A DNA stretch of 39,859 nucleotides from Syntrophales bacterium (GCA_041664405.1 JBAYKV010000002.1:1-39859), one strand, 5' to 3'; numbered from the stretch's first letter, positions 1-9,743 are shown. A program made the numbers and translations. The notes: generated from the sequence alone by a model not told the origin.

Positions 1-859
1 ACACGCCCAAGCCTTCTCTAGTCTGGGAAGGTAAAACTAAAATTTCCGATGCTTGCAGCAACTCGAACACATCGTTGCGTATACCCAAAAAAATAACCGC
101 TTGATCTAACGTCAGTTGTCTAGATGTCATCTCAAGCTCTTTTCGCAATGGACCATGGCCGACAATAACCAATCGGGCTGCCGGATGATTCCGGAAAACC
201 TGTGCGAATGCCTCCAGGAGGATACGATGCCCTTTGTTCGCCGTCAGGGATGCAACGACCGTAATGACGATGGCCTCTGGGTTTATACATAGAGAATTAC
301 GCACCTTCCGCTTATGATGGTCATCATCAATATAAACAGGTAAATCAACGGCATTGTAAATCAGACAGGTTTTTTTTTTACTGATCCCCTCGTTAACGGT
401 GACAAAAGTTTCTACGGCCTGAGAAATGCAAATAATCCTGTCGGTGAAATAAGAAAGCAATCTCTCAACTAACAGATTCCGTTTACCATAATCATAATAG
501 GTGCTGTGAACATGAGTAATAACGACGGGAATATGGGCCAAAATGGCTGCAAACCTGCCAAAGGTACTGGCAAAGTAGCCATGTGTATGGATGATATGAA
601 ATTGCGCCTTCTTCATAAGACGGGCAAGCGCCGCAATTTGTAGCGGGCTGTAATAGCTATCCATCTCAAGAATCCGAACGGCCATCCCCTTTGCAATCAA
701 TGCCTGGGCAATCTCTCCGCCCCTTGCCAAACACCATACCTGAACGTCATATTTCGTTTTATCGAGGGACAGGACAATAGATGCCAGCACTTTTTCGAGG
801 CCGCCGACTTTTAAGTCTTCAACTATGTGCAGGATTCTTTTGGTAGAAACAACATTCAT
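1..859 (-). CDS. Glycosyltransferase family 4 (GT-B, group 1); 3' end cut by window edge
   Basis: Absent from the ORF track because it runs off the window. My translation from the ATG at 859 reads MNVVSTKRILHIVEDLKVGGLEKVL...HTHGYFAS...TANKGHRILLEAF...LPSQTREGLGV. This is a typical GT4 pattern with N-terminal GG.E and C-terminal E-G-x-G motifs. ATGA overlap with the stop of the upstream gene at 856-859. Confidence 0.8.
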   Translation of the reverse strand, partial: MNVVSTKRILHIVEDLKVGGLEKVLASIVLSLDKTKYDVQVWCLARGGEIAQALIAKGMAVRILEMDSYYSPLQIAALARLMKKAQFHIIHTHGYFASTFGRFAAILAHIPVVITHVHSTYYDYGKRNLLVERLLSYFTDRIICISQAVETFVTVNEGISKKKTCLIYNAVDLPVYIDDDHHKRKVRNSLCINPEAIVITVVASLTANKGHRILLEAFAQVFRNHPAARLVIVGHGPLRKELEMTSRQLTLDQAVIFLGIRNDVFELLQASEILVLPSQTREGLGV

Positions 860-1869
860 GCTTCACAGCCAAGGTAGGAAAGGAGTTTTTTTATGCGATG
901 GACATAGGTGTGGTTCTCAATGACGTTTTGTCTTCCTTTTGCGGCAATTTCTTTTCGTTCTTCCGGATGCGCAAGATAATAGATTATTTTGTTAATTAGA
1001 TCATTGGTATCATCAAACTTGACAAGATCTTCGCCATCTTTAAGAAGGGAAAACACATCCCTTTGATCATCGCATAGCTGAAAGGCGCCACAGGCTAAAA
1101 TCTCAAAGACCCGGGGGCTGGCCTGATAGACAGGAAATCTGTTTTCTGGGTCATGATAATGAGTGGCGATGATTATTTTACTGGTGTTATAGATTTTCAA
1201 CCATTCATCGGGCGTCGTATGGGCCCCACGGATGCATTGGCGGAGGAGCGAATTGCGATCAAGGCGATCCCATCCAGGCCCCCAAATGGCAAGATTAAAA
1301 GTGGAAATCCTTTCAAATAACTCCGCCCGTTCCGGATAATAAGATCCGACAAAAACAATGTCGCTCCCATATTTCTCTTGGTCGGTTACTGAGCAGTCAA
1401 CTGGGTGCTGATATTCAGGATCACATGCCATCGGCAGCCATTTGGCGCCTTCGCTTCCGGCCCTGGCTAGAAGTTTAATAGCCTCAGTCCCTTGACAGAA
1501 GATGTGATTGTAGAGGGGTGCAATATTGATGATTGGTTGAAAAAATAGTGGAGCATCGATCGTCCATAAAATACAGACAATATCTAAATCTTTTAGCGTT
1601 TTAATCGTATCTGAAGAAATTCTGTGGCCACCTGTTACAATAGCGATATCCGGTTTCGTTTCCTCTGCCAGTGAAACCATTTTATTATTGATGATCTTCA
1701 GATCAAGTTGATTGAGAAACGGTAACAGCTTTCTTATTCTTCCGGGAATCATGTGTTGACGATCCTCAAATATGACAAGCTCATGCCCCAGAGACCGGAT
1801 AGCCCTTTCCATGTATTCGGTTATAGTATAAAAATGAGGATTGTGATGGCCGCTGAAGAGGATTTTCAT
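856..1869 (-). CDS. CgeB-like glycosyltransferase (DUF3880 / Glyco_trans_1_2-type)
   Basis: 337-aa ORF. The C-terminal half fits the CgeB-type pattern (SPRVFEILACGAF...HPEERKEIAAKGRQNVIENHTY). ATGA overlaps at both ends place it in the glycosyltransferase operon. Confidence 0.6.
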   Translation of the reverse strand: MKILFSGHHNPHFYTITEYMERAIRSLGHELVIFEDRQHMIPGRIRKLLPFLNQLDLKIINNKMVSLAEETKPDIAIVTGGHRISSDTIKTLKDLDIVCILWTIDAPLFFQPIINIAPLYNHIFCQGTEAIKLLARAGSEGAKWLPMACDPEYQHPVDCSVTDQEKYGSDIVFVGSYYPERAELFERISTFNLAIWGPGWDRLDRNSLLRQCIRGAHTTPDEWLKIYNTSKIIIATHYHDPENRFPVYQASPRVFEILACGAFQLCDDQRDVFSLLKDGEDLVKFDDTNDLINKIIYYLAHPEERKEIAAKGRQNVIENHTYVHRIKKLLSYLGCEA

Positions 1870-2795
1870 CGGTTAAACTTGCAGGGACTCATTTTTTTTG
1901 TCCATGACTTCAGAAGCAAATAATAACCGTTCAAGTTCAGGGGACGAACTCTTACAGCTTTAAGGAATTCATGCATTGCCTGATCCGTCAGACCTCTTTC
2001 AAGATAAAAAAGACCCCTCATAAAAAAAGCATGGTATTGAAAATAAGGTAGTATTTCCCGAATAGACTGATTATTGATCGCGTAATTTGACAGATATTTA
2101 AGAAGAATCAATCGTGTCTGTTGAAAATCGGCGCTTTCGGAATAGTTCTGTCCATGTAAAACCCATTTCTGAACTATTCCAGGTACATACTTTAGAACAG
2201 CTGCGGAAGCAAAAAGCCTTACAAAGAATTCTGCATCATCAAGACCGGTTAATTGAATGTCATTCGAAAAGCCGCCTATCTCATGAAAAGTTGATCTTTT
2301 AATCATAATCGTCTGCATGGAGATAAGCCCAGTGCTCCTTGCCATACTTTTCAGACATTCTCTGTTTGTGGCCTGATGACTGATAAAGTGATCGATTAAG
2401 CGGCCGTCATCGTAAACACGTTCATAATCGGAATAAACGACGTCGGTCTGAGGATGATCCAAGAAAGCATTATATTGCAGCTTTAAGCGACCCGGATTCA
2501 TAATGTCATCCTGATCTATAAAACAGACCAAATCAGCCTTGGCATCGGAAACGCCTTTGTTCAAGGCAGCCCCTTTACCAGCATGATCGATGCGTATCAG
2601 ACGCAGAGAATCGGACTGGATTGCCTGGAGAACGGGGATAGGGGATTGGGACGACCCGTCATCCACAACAATCAATTCCCGGGTAACGTCCCCCTGGGAC
2701 AGGACGCTGTTCACGCTCCGGAGGAGCCATTTCTCCCCTTCGTAGTAGGGCAGGACGACGGAGACCTGCGGTTTTACGAGCGCCGTCACAGCCAT
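1866..2795 (-). CDS. Glycosyltransferase family 2 with helical/TPR-like C-terminal region
   Basis: 309 aa. GT-A signature VSVVLPYYEGEKWLLRSVNSVLSQ...VVDDGS...DQDD. 10-nt overlap with the upstream gene. Confidence 0.8.
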   Translation of the reverse strand: MAVTALVKPQVSVVLPYYEGEKWLLRSVNSVLSQGDVTRELIVVDDGSSQSPIPVLQAIQSDSLRLIRIDHAGKGAALNKGVSDAKADLVCFIDQDDIMNPGRLKLQYNAFLDHPQTDVVYSDYERVYDDGRLIDHFISHQATNRECLKSMARSTGLISMQTIMIKRSTFHEIGGFSNDIQLTGLDDAEFFVRLFASAAVLKYVPGIVQKWVLHGQNYSESADFQQTRLILLKYLSNYAINNQSIREILPYFQYHAFFMRGLFYLERGLTDQAMHEFLKAVRVRPLNLNGYYLLLKSWTKKMSPCKFNR

Positions 2796-3745
2796 AATCT
2801 TTTCAGCCTGTCGTAATATGGTTTCCCCCCCTTGCCGTGCCCCCGGATCCCTTTTCCGAGACTCCCGCGCAAGGCTGTCTTCAACCAGACATAGGAGGTT
2901 CTCAATTTTCCTTCCAGACTGTCATGACGGCGGATCATCTTGACCATATTGATCATCGAGAGTTCGGTCATCTCCTGGTCAATCGCCGGTGAACTCCTCG
3001 TGGTTCCACCGTGGTGATGGAGCACCATCGCTTCGGGGACAAACCGGGCCTTCCACCCCCTGTTGTGGGCGCGCCAGGATAACTCCGCGTCTTCATAATA
3101 GGTGATGAAGCTTTCGTCGAAGAGCCCAATGTCCTCCAGCATCTCACCACGGTACAGGCAGGCGCCGGCGCAGGCGCCGATGACGTCCTGCTTGTCGTCG
3201 TACTGGCCGGAATCGATCTCGCCATGGCCCCGATCGCCGATTTTGCCTGATTGGAACACATGGCCCGTCGAATCGATGATCTCTGGGTACGCCATGAAAA
3301 GCATCTTCGAGGCGCACATGCCGATGTCATTACGACTTTTCATGGCTCGGATCAGATTTTCCAGCCACCCTCGATCGGCCCGAGTGTCGTTATTCAGCAA
3401 GGCGATATAATTTATTTTTTTCTGCAGGGCCTCAGTCATGGCCACGTTGTTGGCCTTGGCGAAGCCGTAATTGCGGCCCATACTAATCAGGGTGACAGAG
3501 GGAAAACGGTCTTTGACAAAATCAACCGAACCGTCAGTCGATCCGTTGTCCACCACGATGGTTTCATAATTCCCGTAGGTCTGCCCTTCGGCAGCGGCCA
3601 GGCAATCGGTCAGAAAATGACGCCCATTCCAGTTTACCACGATGATTACGGCTCTATGGATATTCGATGACGGATCCATCGATCCTGACCGCTCTTGACG
3701 TGGCGCAGAAGCTTCCCCCATCACCGGTACATTCCCTTCATACAT
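2786..3745 (-). CDS. Glycosyltransferase family 2 (rhamnosyltransferase-like)
   Basis: 319 aa. AVIIVVNWNG...TIVVDNGSTDGS...LNNDT...YEDAE. The start is uncertain: in-frame ATGs lie at 3745, 3721 (TGATG overlap with the upstream stop) and 3679. Confidence 0.8.
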   Translation of the reverse strand: MYEGNVPVMGEASAPRQERSGSMDPSSNIHRAVIIVVNWNGRHFLTDCLAAAEGQTYGNYETIVVDNGSTDGSVDFVKDRFPSVTLISMGRNYGFAKANNVAMTEALQKKINYIALLNNDTRADRGWLENLIRAMKSRNDIGMCASKMLFMAYPEIIDSTGHVFQSGKIGDRGHGEIDSGQYDDKQDVIGACAGACLYRGEMLEDIGLFDESFITYYEDAELSWRAHNRGWKARFVPEAMVLHHHGGTTRSSPAIDQEMTELSMINMVKMIRRHDSLEGKLRTSYVWLKTALRGSLGKGIRGHGKGGKPYYDRLKRLWL

Positions 3746-4686
3746 CCGTAGAACCTGGGGAAGGCCTGATGAAGGATAATCTTGAGAAGATCCAGTTTGG
3801 AGACCTGCCTGTTGAAGGGTGAAACCATGACCGATTTTAAAATATGGGAGAATATCCTGGCTCTATTCATATCGCCGTTCAACAGTTCTGCAAGCTTGTA
3901 ATGCCACAAGGATATTTTGTCTCGGATGATTTTGTTGATAGGCTTATCAAATTGATACCCTATGATTTCCAGCGTCGCGACCCATTTTTCTATCCGACTT
4001 GAATCACTCAATATTTCCCATGTTCCTCCGGGATGAACCCGGTAGACCCCCATGACCTCATCGATGAACCGGATCTTCCCCTGCCGGGCATTCAGCAGGT
4101 GCAGGGGATAGTCGCCCACGGCACATTGGTCGAACCAGCGGGGTAGCTCTGAAAAAGTTTTTCGGAAAAGGCACGATGCCGTATAGATGAAATTGCCCCG
4201 GGCCAGATCTTCCAATGTGGTGGTCTCCTGCTGATTGGGGTTGGACAGGCGGTTCATCTGCTGATCATCTTCGTAGAGAACCTGCATGTTGTGAAAACAG
4301 ATGGCATAATCGGGATTCTTTTCCAGATAATCGACCTGCTTTTGCAGTTTATGGGGATCCGTCCAAAAGTCGTCGCCGTCCAGCAGGGCTATATACCGAC
4401 CCCGGCAGGCCCGATAGGTGTCTGCAAAATTCTTTTGCATCCCGGCATTTCTTTTCTGCAGCAACAGCCTGATCCTGTCGTTGTACTTTCCCCCATAACC
4501 GGTGATGAGATCCCGTGTCCCGTCGGTCGAACAATCCTCCCCGATCACGATTTCATAGGTGAAATCAACCTGCTGCATCAGGGCGCCCTCGACGGCCTGG
4601 GCAATGTACCGCTCATGGTTGTAGGCGAGCATCAACACGCTGACCAGTGGCTCTTCCGACAGGGAGGGTTTCAATGATTCCTGCAA
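3721..4686 (-). CDS. Glycosyltransferase family 2
   Basis: 321 aa. VSVLMLAYNHERYIAQAVEGALMQ...GEDCSTDGT...LDGDD GT-A motifs. Confidence 0.8.
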   Translation of the reverse strand: MQESLKPSLSEEPLVSVLMLAYNHERYIAQAVEGALMQQVDFTYEIVIGEDCSTDGTRDLITGYGGKYNDRIRLLLQKRNAGMQKNFADTYRACRGRYIALLDGDDFWTDPHKLQKQVDYLEKNPDYAICFHNMQVLYEDDQQMNRLSNPNQQETTTLEDLARGNFIYTASCLFRKTFSELPRWFDQCAVGDYPLHLLNARQGKIRFIDEVMGVYRVHPGGTWEILSDSSRIEKWVATLEIIGYQFDKPINKIIRDKISLWHYKLAELLNGDMNRARIFSHILKSVMVSPFNRQVSKLDLLKIILHQAFPRFYGCMKGMYR

Positions 4687-4696
4687 GATATGATCG

Positions 4697-5920
4697 CTAT
4701 CCCGATGTTCGGGTCTCGACGGCGAGGCGCTTTCGGACGTCCGATCCCTTCTCCAGGGCCAGCCGGATGATCCGGCCGATCATCTTGATATCCTGCGGCG
4801 TCACCGTTGTGCCCGTCGGTAGTACCAGGACCCTACCGGCCACCGTTTCGGTCACGGGCAGCAACAGGCGGGCATGGGGGAAATAGGACCGATAGGGTTC
4901 CATGCGGTGGCAGCCGGGATAAAAGTACCGTCGGGCCAAGACATTTTCCCCATGCAGGACCTTCAGGAGTGCATCCCGTCCAAGTCCCGCTGCCCATTCG
5001 TCCACTTCCACGATGATGTACTGGTAGTTTTGTTTTTCACGATCATCATATCGGCAGACGGTGATACCGGGGATGTCTTTGAGACAGGCGTGGTAACACT
5101 CGTAGTTCCTGCGGTTGATGGTGATGAATTCATCGAGGCTTTCCAGGTTGGTCAGTCCCATGGCCGCCGAAGCCTCATTCATCTTGCCATTCGTACCGAT
5201 ATAGATGACGTTGTCATACCCGGCAAAGCCGAAATTTTTCATGAGGCGCATCTTTTTGGCCAAGTCGTCATCATTGGTGACCACCCCCCCGCCTTCCAGG
5301 GTGTTGAAGAATTTGGTGGCATGGAAGCTGAACACTTCGGCGCTGCCGAAGTTGCCGATCATCTTTCCACCGAAGGAACACCCGAAAGCGTGCGCAGCGT
5401 CAAAGAGGAGTTTCAGATGGTGCCGGCAGGCCAAATCGGAAAGTGCTTCAATCGCGCAGGGCCTTCCCCAGGTATGAACCCCCAGGATTCCCGATGTCCG
5501 GGGGGTTATCATCTTTTCCACGCTCGCGGGATCGAGCTGATGGGTGCGTGGATCGATATCGCAGAATACGGGGGTGATCTCTTGCCACTGGAGGCTGTGG
5601 GCAGTCGCGATGAAGGTGAAGGACGGGACGATCACCTCCCCCTTCAATTCCAGTGCCCGGATGGCAATCTCCAAGGCAATGGTCCCATTGCACATGGCAA
5701 TAAAGTTTTTGACACCCAGGTATTCGGCAATTTTCTGTTCGAATTCTTTGACGTAAGGCCCGTCATTGGAAAACCAGCGCCGGTCCAGCATGTCATTCAT
5801 CCGCTCGATGAAACGCTGGCGACTGCCGATGTTGGGGCGGCCGACATGCAACATGGTCCTGAAGGCCGGATTTCCACCCAAAATACTCAAGTCTGTGTAT
5901 TGCATTTTTGATCTTTCCAT
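4697..5920 (-). CDS. DegT/DnrJ/EryC1/StrS-family PLP-dependent sugar aminotransferase
   Basis: 407 aa. Family pattern including NGTIALEIA and SFHATKFF (PLP-lysine context). Alternative ATG at 5905. Confidence 0.85.
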   Translation of the reverse strand: MERSKMQYTDLSILGGNPAFRTMLHVGRPNIGSRQRFIERMNDMLDRRWFSNDGPYVKEFEQKIAEYLGVKNFIAMCNGTIALEIAIRALELKGEVIVPSFTFIATAHSLQWQEITPVFCDIDPRTHQLDPASVEKMITPRTSGILGVHTWGRPCAIEALSDLACRHHLKLLFDAAHAFGCSFGGKMIGNFGSAEVFSFHATKFFNTLEGGGVVTNDDDLAKKMRLMKNFGFAGYDNVIYIGTNGKMNEASAAMGLTNLESLDEFITINRRNYECYHACLKDIPGITVCRYDDREKQNYQYIIVEVDEWAAGLGRDALLKVLHGENVLARRYFYPGCHRMEPYRSYFPHARLLLPVTETVAGRVLVLPTGTTVTPQDIKMIGRIIRLALEKGSDVRKRLAVETRTSG

Positions 5921-5960
5921 GGATTTGCTTTCATAGTGACTCTGTCCTCAGAGCCTTATT

Positions 5961-6536
5961 TTATGCCCCGGAGACACTCCGGCTTGCCATCTCACTCCGT
6001 AACTGTTTCTCGAGATTCAGGATATTTTCAAAGGGTCTCGTTTTAAATTCTCTGGCCGGGGAACCTCGATACATTGTCCAGGGTTTGCAATCCGTTGTGA
6101 CCAGGGAATTGGCACCCACTACCGCCCCATCACCAATGACCACACCAGGGAGAATCACCGCATTGGCCCCAACAATGGCGTGCTTTTTGATGTGCACAAA
6201 TGATCGAATGGGTACACGGTAGGGGTAGGGCACTGTCGGGTTTGTCATACAGGCACCGGAGTATTCTTCATTTCCGGTATAGATTCTGACCCCTCCAGAA
6301 AGTCCGGAAAAGTCCTCCATGACAAATTCACCGCCGCCCGTAATGGAGGTAAAGGAAGCGATATGAACAAAACTTCCAATAGTTGTCTTCTGCCCACCCA
6401 TGATAAAAACAAAATCATCAATAATGACTGATTCGCCTATGCTGATAGATTCAGGGGACACGATCTTTGCCTGCGGCCAGATCGTCACTTCCTTGCCGAT
6501 TCGTTCAAAGGCAAGATGATATGCTTGGTTGGTCAT
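5961..6536 (-). CDS. Hexapeptide-repeat (left-handed beta-helix) sugar N-acetyltransferase
   Basis: 191 aa with hexapeptide repeats (IGANAVILPGVVIGDGAVVGANSLV). Directly downstream of the aminotransferase. Confidence 0.8.
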   Translation of the reverse strand: MTNQAYHLAFERIGKEVTIWPQAKIVSPESISIGESVIIDDFVFIMGGQKTTIGSFVHIASFTSITGGGEFVMEDFSGLSGGVRIYTGNEEYSGACMTNPTVPYPYRVPIRSFVHIKKHAIVGANAVILPGVVIGDGAVVGANSLVTTDCKPWTMYRGSPAREFKTRPFENILNLEKQLRSEMASRSVSGA

Positions 6537-6622
6537 GTCATGCTTCTCCCAGAAACAGGCTAATCACCCGTCCACAAAAGATTGAATGCGCCACTCAGGG
6601 GTTGTCGCTGCCTGAATCGGCA

Positions 6623-7447
6623 TCATTTCTCAACGACATACAGGATACTTTGCTTCGTGATCCCGCATCGCTTGAAGTGATGTTCTCCAAAATACCCAGC
6701 CCCGTACTGATGAAGGCCAAAACCGGCCGACCGGACCCTCTCCAGGAACCCCTCCCGGGAATAGAGGCGGACATGGTCGCCCTGCCCGAAGCGTCGCCAC
6801 CTTTCCAATTCATCGGTGACGGCGGGATCTTCGTCGATCCGGGCCAGCCCCAGGACGATCGGGACCATCAGAATGCCTTGACCATACGGTTTTAAAATCC
6901 GGTACAGCTCCCGGAGGGCCTGACCGTCGTCGGAAACGTGCTCCAGGATATGGGAACAGATGAAGAAATCAAAGCGGTTGTTGCCGTAAAGGGCCATATC
7001 GGTGATATCCACCCGGTCGTTGACACCCGCCAGGTTGAGATCGGCCGTCCGGTAGGAAGCCCCTATCCCCGATCGTCCCAGCGTCCGGGCCATGAACCGG
7101 GAAAAGGCCGCCGAGGGGGCAAAGTCCAGGATATGGAGTGCCCCGCCGGTCGCGACCTGGGCCAGATAAGCATGAATATACAAGGCATACAGACGGTCGC
7201 GGTCGCTGGCCCCGCACCGGGGGCAGGAATAGTCTCGATAATTGAGGGTTTCCACTTGTGTGAAAGAATAGGGAAAACCGTGCTGCCGGGCGCTGCCGGC
7301 GTAGGATTTGGGCAGGGGCTGAAACCCCCTGACGGGGCTGCCGCAGACGGGACAGCAGTGGCTGGCCCCAAGGGAGCCGATCCGGGCCTTGAGGGCTCCC
7401 AGGCCCGCCATGACCGCCTGGAGCAAGGTGTGAGAGTCACTGGTCAA
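6623..7447 (-). CDS. Class I SAM-dependent methyltransferase with N-terminal four-Cys zinc ribbon
   Basis: 274 aa. CPVCG...CPRCG ribbon followed by a methyltransferase core (ILDFAPS..., FFICSHILEHV). Codon 1 at 7447 is TTG and overlaps the wzt stop (TTGA). The first in-frame ATG is at 7411. Confidence 0.7.
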   Translation of the reverse strand: MTSDSHTLLQAVMAGLGALKARIGSLGASHCCPVCGSPVRGFQPLPKSYAGSARQHGFPYSFTQVETLNYRDYSCPRCGASDRDRLYALYIHAYLAQVATGGALHILDFAPSAAFSRFMARTLGRSGIGASYRTADLNLAGVNDRVDITDMALYGNNRFDFFICSHILEHVSDDGQALRELYRILKPYGQGILMVPIVLGLARIDEDPAVTDELERWRRFGQGDHVRLYSREGFLERVRSAGFGLHQYGAGYFGEHHFKRCGITKQSILYVVEK

Positions 7448-8736
7448 GACGGCGTCCTATCGGCATGAGAGCTCTTTTGGAACACCCAGTCCAGCCGCGG
7501 CCGGACGGCGCCAACCCATTTGCCGTACCAGTTCCCTTGACGCTCGATATCCTGGACCTCAAAAACCAGGATATTGTGGAAGTCCACGAGGGCGACGGAG
7601 GTATCCTGGACAATCAGGAGCCTCACCGTGTAGGTGCCGTCATTGAGAAAATTCCCTGGGATCACGAAGCTGCCGCTGACCAGCCCCTTCGGGAAGGGTT
7701 TGGCCGGGCTGACCGTGTTCAGAATGCAGACCCCCTCCAAATTGGAGAGCACCACGCTGAAATTGAGCACACCATCGGGCAGGCTGTTCCAGAACTGGAA
7801 GGAGAGCTGCAGCGGCGTCTCGACAGTGAAGGGCTCGCCGGGCTGCAGATCCAGGGTATCCACGGAGGCGTGACGTAGACGCACCTTATCGTTGCCGGGG
7901 GCAGTGGCGGGATCGTCCCACACCTGTTCCATCAGGGAGTGGGTCTCCTCCTGCAGGTAATCGGCGACCACATGCCCGGCCTCGCCTTCCGCTCCGATCT
8001 CACCCTTTTCAAAGAGGATCACTCTGCGGCACAGGCTCTTGATGGCCGCCATGTTGTGGCTCACAAACAACACCGTCCGTCCTTCTTTCGCCACATCCCC
8101 CATTTTTCCGAGACACTTCTTCTGGAAGGCCGCGTCGCCGACGGCCAGCACCTCATCCACCAGCAGGATCTCCGGTTCGAGATGGGCGGCTACGGCAAAG
8201 GCCAGGCGTACATACATGCCGCTGGAGTACCGCTTGACCGGTGTGTCCAGATATTTCTCCACCTCGGCAAAGGCTACGATCTCGTCATATTTTTTTTTTA
8301 TTTCCACTCGGGACATACCAAGAATTGTACCGTTCAAGTAGATGTTCTCCCGTCCGGATAGCTCCGGGTGGAAACCGGTACCCACCTCCAGCAGGCTGGC
8401 AACGCGACCCTTGATGGTCACCCGTCCGGTTGAAGGTTCGGTAATGCGGCTCAAAATCTTCAACAGTGTGCTTTTCCCTGCCCCGTTGCGGCCGATGATG
8501 CCAACGGCCTCTCCGCGGCGGATCTCAAAACTTACGTCTTTAAGCGCCCAGACTTCTTCCATCGTGTCGCCTTCGATGATGGGTTTCCCTATTGCCAGAT
8601 CTTTTGTCTTGCTCCATAAGGTTCGGGCATTCTGCATCAGCACGTCGCGCAGAGCAGTATAACCGCCCCTTTCCGCTTGGTGGCCGATCACATATTTTTT
8701 GCCGAGGTTTTCAGACTTGATGACGATGTCGGACAT
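7444..8736 (-). CDS. wzt: Polysaccharide ABC exporter ATP-binding protein (Wzt/TagH-like) with C-terminal ~170-aa extra domain
   Basis: Walker A GRNGAGKST, signature YSSGMYVRLAFA, Walker B ILLVDEVLAVGD. I trimmed the start to ATG 8736 (MSDIVIKSENLGKKY, preceded by AGGAA). The track ORF extends to 8937 only by overlapping the upstream permease gene by 190 nt. Confidence 0.85.
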   Translation of the reverse strand: MSDIVIKSENLGKKYVIGHQAERGGYTALRDVLMQNARTLWSKTKDLAIGKPIIEGDTMEEVWALKDVSFEIRRGEAVGIIGRNGAGKSTLLKILSRITEPSTGRVTIKGRVASLLEVGTGFHPELSGRENIYLNGTILGMSRVEIKKKYDEIVAFAEVEKYLDTPVKRYSSGMYVRLAFAVAAHLEPEILLVDEVLAVGDAAFQKKCLGKMGDVAKEGRTVLFVSHNMAAIKSLCRRVILFEKGEIGAEGEAGHVVADYLQEETHSLMEQVWDDPATAPGNDKVRLRHASVDTLDLQPGEPFTVETPLQLSFQFWNSLPDGVLNFSVVLSNLEGVCILNTVSPAKPFPKGLVSGSFVIPGNFLNDGTYTVRLLIVQDTSVALVDFHNILVFEVQDIERQGNWYGKWVGAVRPRLDWVFQKSSHADRTPS

Positions 8737-8747
8737 TATTCCTTTTT

Positions 8748-9599
8748 CTAAATAAGATCTGCAAAGGTTTTTTCCGTTTTGCGGAAACGGGAAATGCCCA
8801 TATAGAGGAAGAAGGCGATAATGACGAGGCTGAGCAGGAAGCCGGAAATATAAAGGGGGCTGTTGCCGCCGAGGATGCACCAGCGGAAGCCGTCGATTAC
8901 TCCAACGATGGGATTGAGGCTGTAAAGCAGTCGCCATTGCTCCGGAACGACCTTGCTGCTGAATCCGACCGGGGAAACATAAAGACCGAATTGCACCACA
9001 AACGGGATAATATAGCGGAAATCCCTGTATTTCACATTAAGTGCCGTTATCCAGAGACCAGGCCCCAGGCTCGCAAGCAGGGCGAGAATGATGAAGGCCG
9101 GTAGGAGGAGTATTTGCCAGCCGGGGTTGAATTGATAATAAACCATCATTGCGATCAGGACAACAAAACTGATGAGAAAATCTATGAAAGCGGTTACGAG
9201 GGTTGCCGCAGGAATGATCAACCGGGGGAAGTAAACCTTGCCGATGAGGTTGGCGTTGTTGATAAGGCTGTTGGACGATTCTGAGAGGGCGTTTGAGAAA
9301 AGGGACCAGGGAAGCATGGCGGCAAATACCAGTAGCGCGTACGGGGCGTTTCCGTCGCTGGGGAGTTTGGCGATGCGGCTAAAAATGACGGTGAAGACGA
9401 CCATTGTGAAGAGCGGCCGCAGGATGGCCCAGAGAATCCCGATGATGGTCTGCTTGTAGCGAACGGAGATGTCACGCCAGGCCAGGATTAAAAATAGTTC
9501 ACGGTAGCGCCAGAGATCGCCCCAGTAGTTTTTCTCACTGCGGCCCGGCTCAATGATTAATACCGATTCCTGAGCATGTATTGAAGCTTGGTTATTCAT
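8748..9599 (-). CDS. wzm: ABC-2 type polysaccharide exporter permease (Wzm-like)
   Basis: 283 aa, about 6 hydrophobic helices. The N-terminal region WRYRELFLILAWRDISVRYKQTIIGILW is typical of ABC-2 permeases. Immediately upstream of wzt. Confidence 0.85.
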   Translation of the reverse strand: MNNQASIHAQESVLIIEPGRSEKNYWGDLWRYRELFLILAWRDISVRYKQTIIGILWAILRPLFTMVVFTVIFSRIAKLPSDGNAPYALLVFAAMLPWSLFSNALSESSNSLINNANLIGKVYFPRLIIPAATLVTAFIDFLISFVVLIAMMVYYQFNPGWQILLLPAFIILALLASLGPGLWITALNVKYRDFRYIIPFVVQFGLYVSPVGFSSKVVPEQWRLLYSLNPIVGVIDGFRWCILGGNSPLYISGFLLSLVIIAFFLYMGISRFRKTEKTFADLI

Positions 9600-9728
9600 T
9601 TATCCAATGATGTCTTACATTTTCTCCTTTTAACAAAATTTAGATACTGCTCCGCCCCCTCAGTTACCAAGGTGCAACCGGCTGATGTGGAATATTTGTA
9701 TATGCGTGAGAGTGAATACATTAAAATC

Positions 9729-9743
9729 GCAATATTTATGCCA
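9729..9743 (-). promoter_or_regulatory. Sigma54 (-24/-12) promoter candidate upstream of wzm
   Basis: The minus strand reads TGGCATAAATATTGC. This fits TGGCAC-N5-TTGC with exact GG-to-GC spacing. It lies about 130 nt upstream of the wzm ATG (9599) in a 225-bp AT-rich gap. Confidence 0.35.

Noticed and set aside
4874-5911. 345-aa plus-strand ORF
   Set aside because: It is antisense to the DegT-family aminotransferase inside the ~60-65% GC block, where stop codons are rare in all frames. It shows no recognisable motifs.
8737-8937. N-terminal 67-aa extension of the wzt ORF (track start 8937)
   Set aside because: It overlaps the 3' end of wzm by 190 nt and is Pro/Arg-rich and unlike ABC ATPases. 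The internal ATG at 8736, with AGGAA upstream, gives the canonical MSDIVIKSENLGKKY start.
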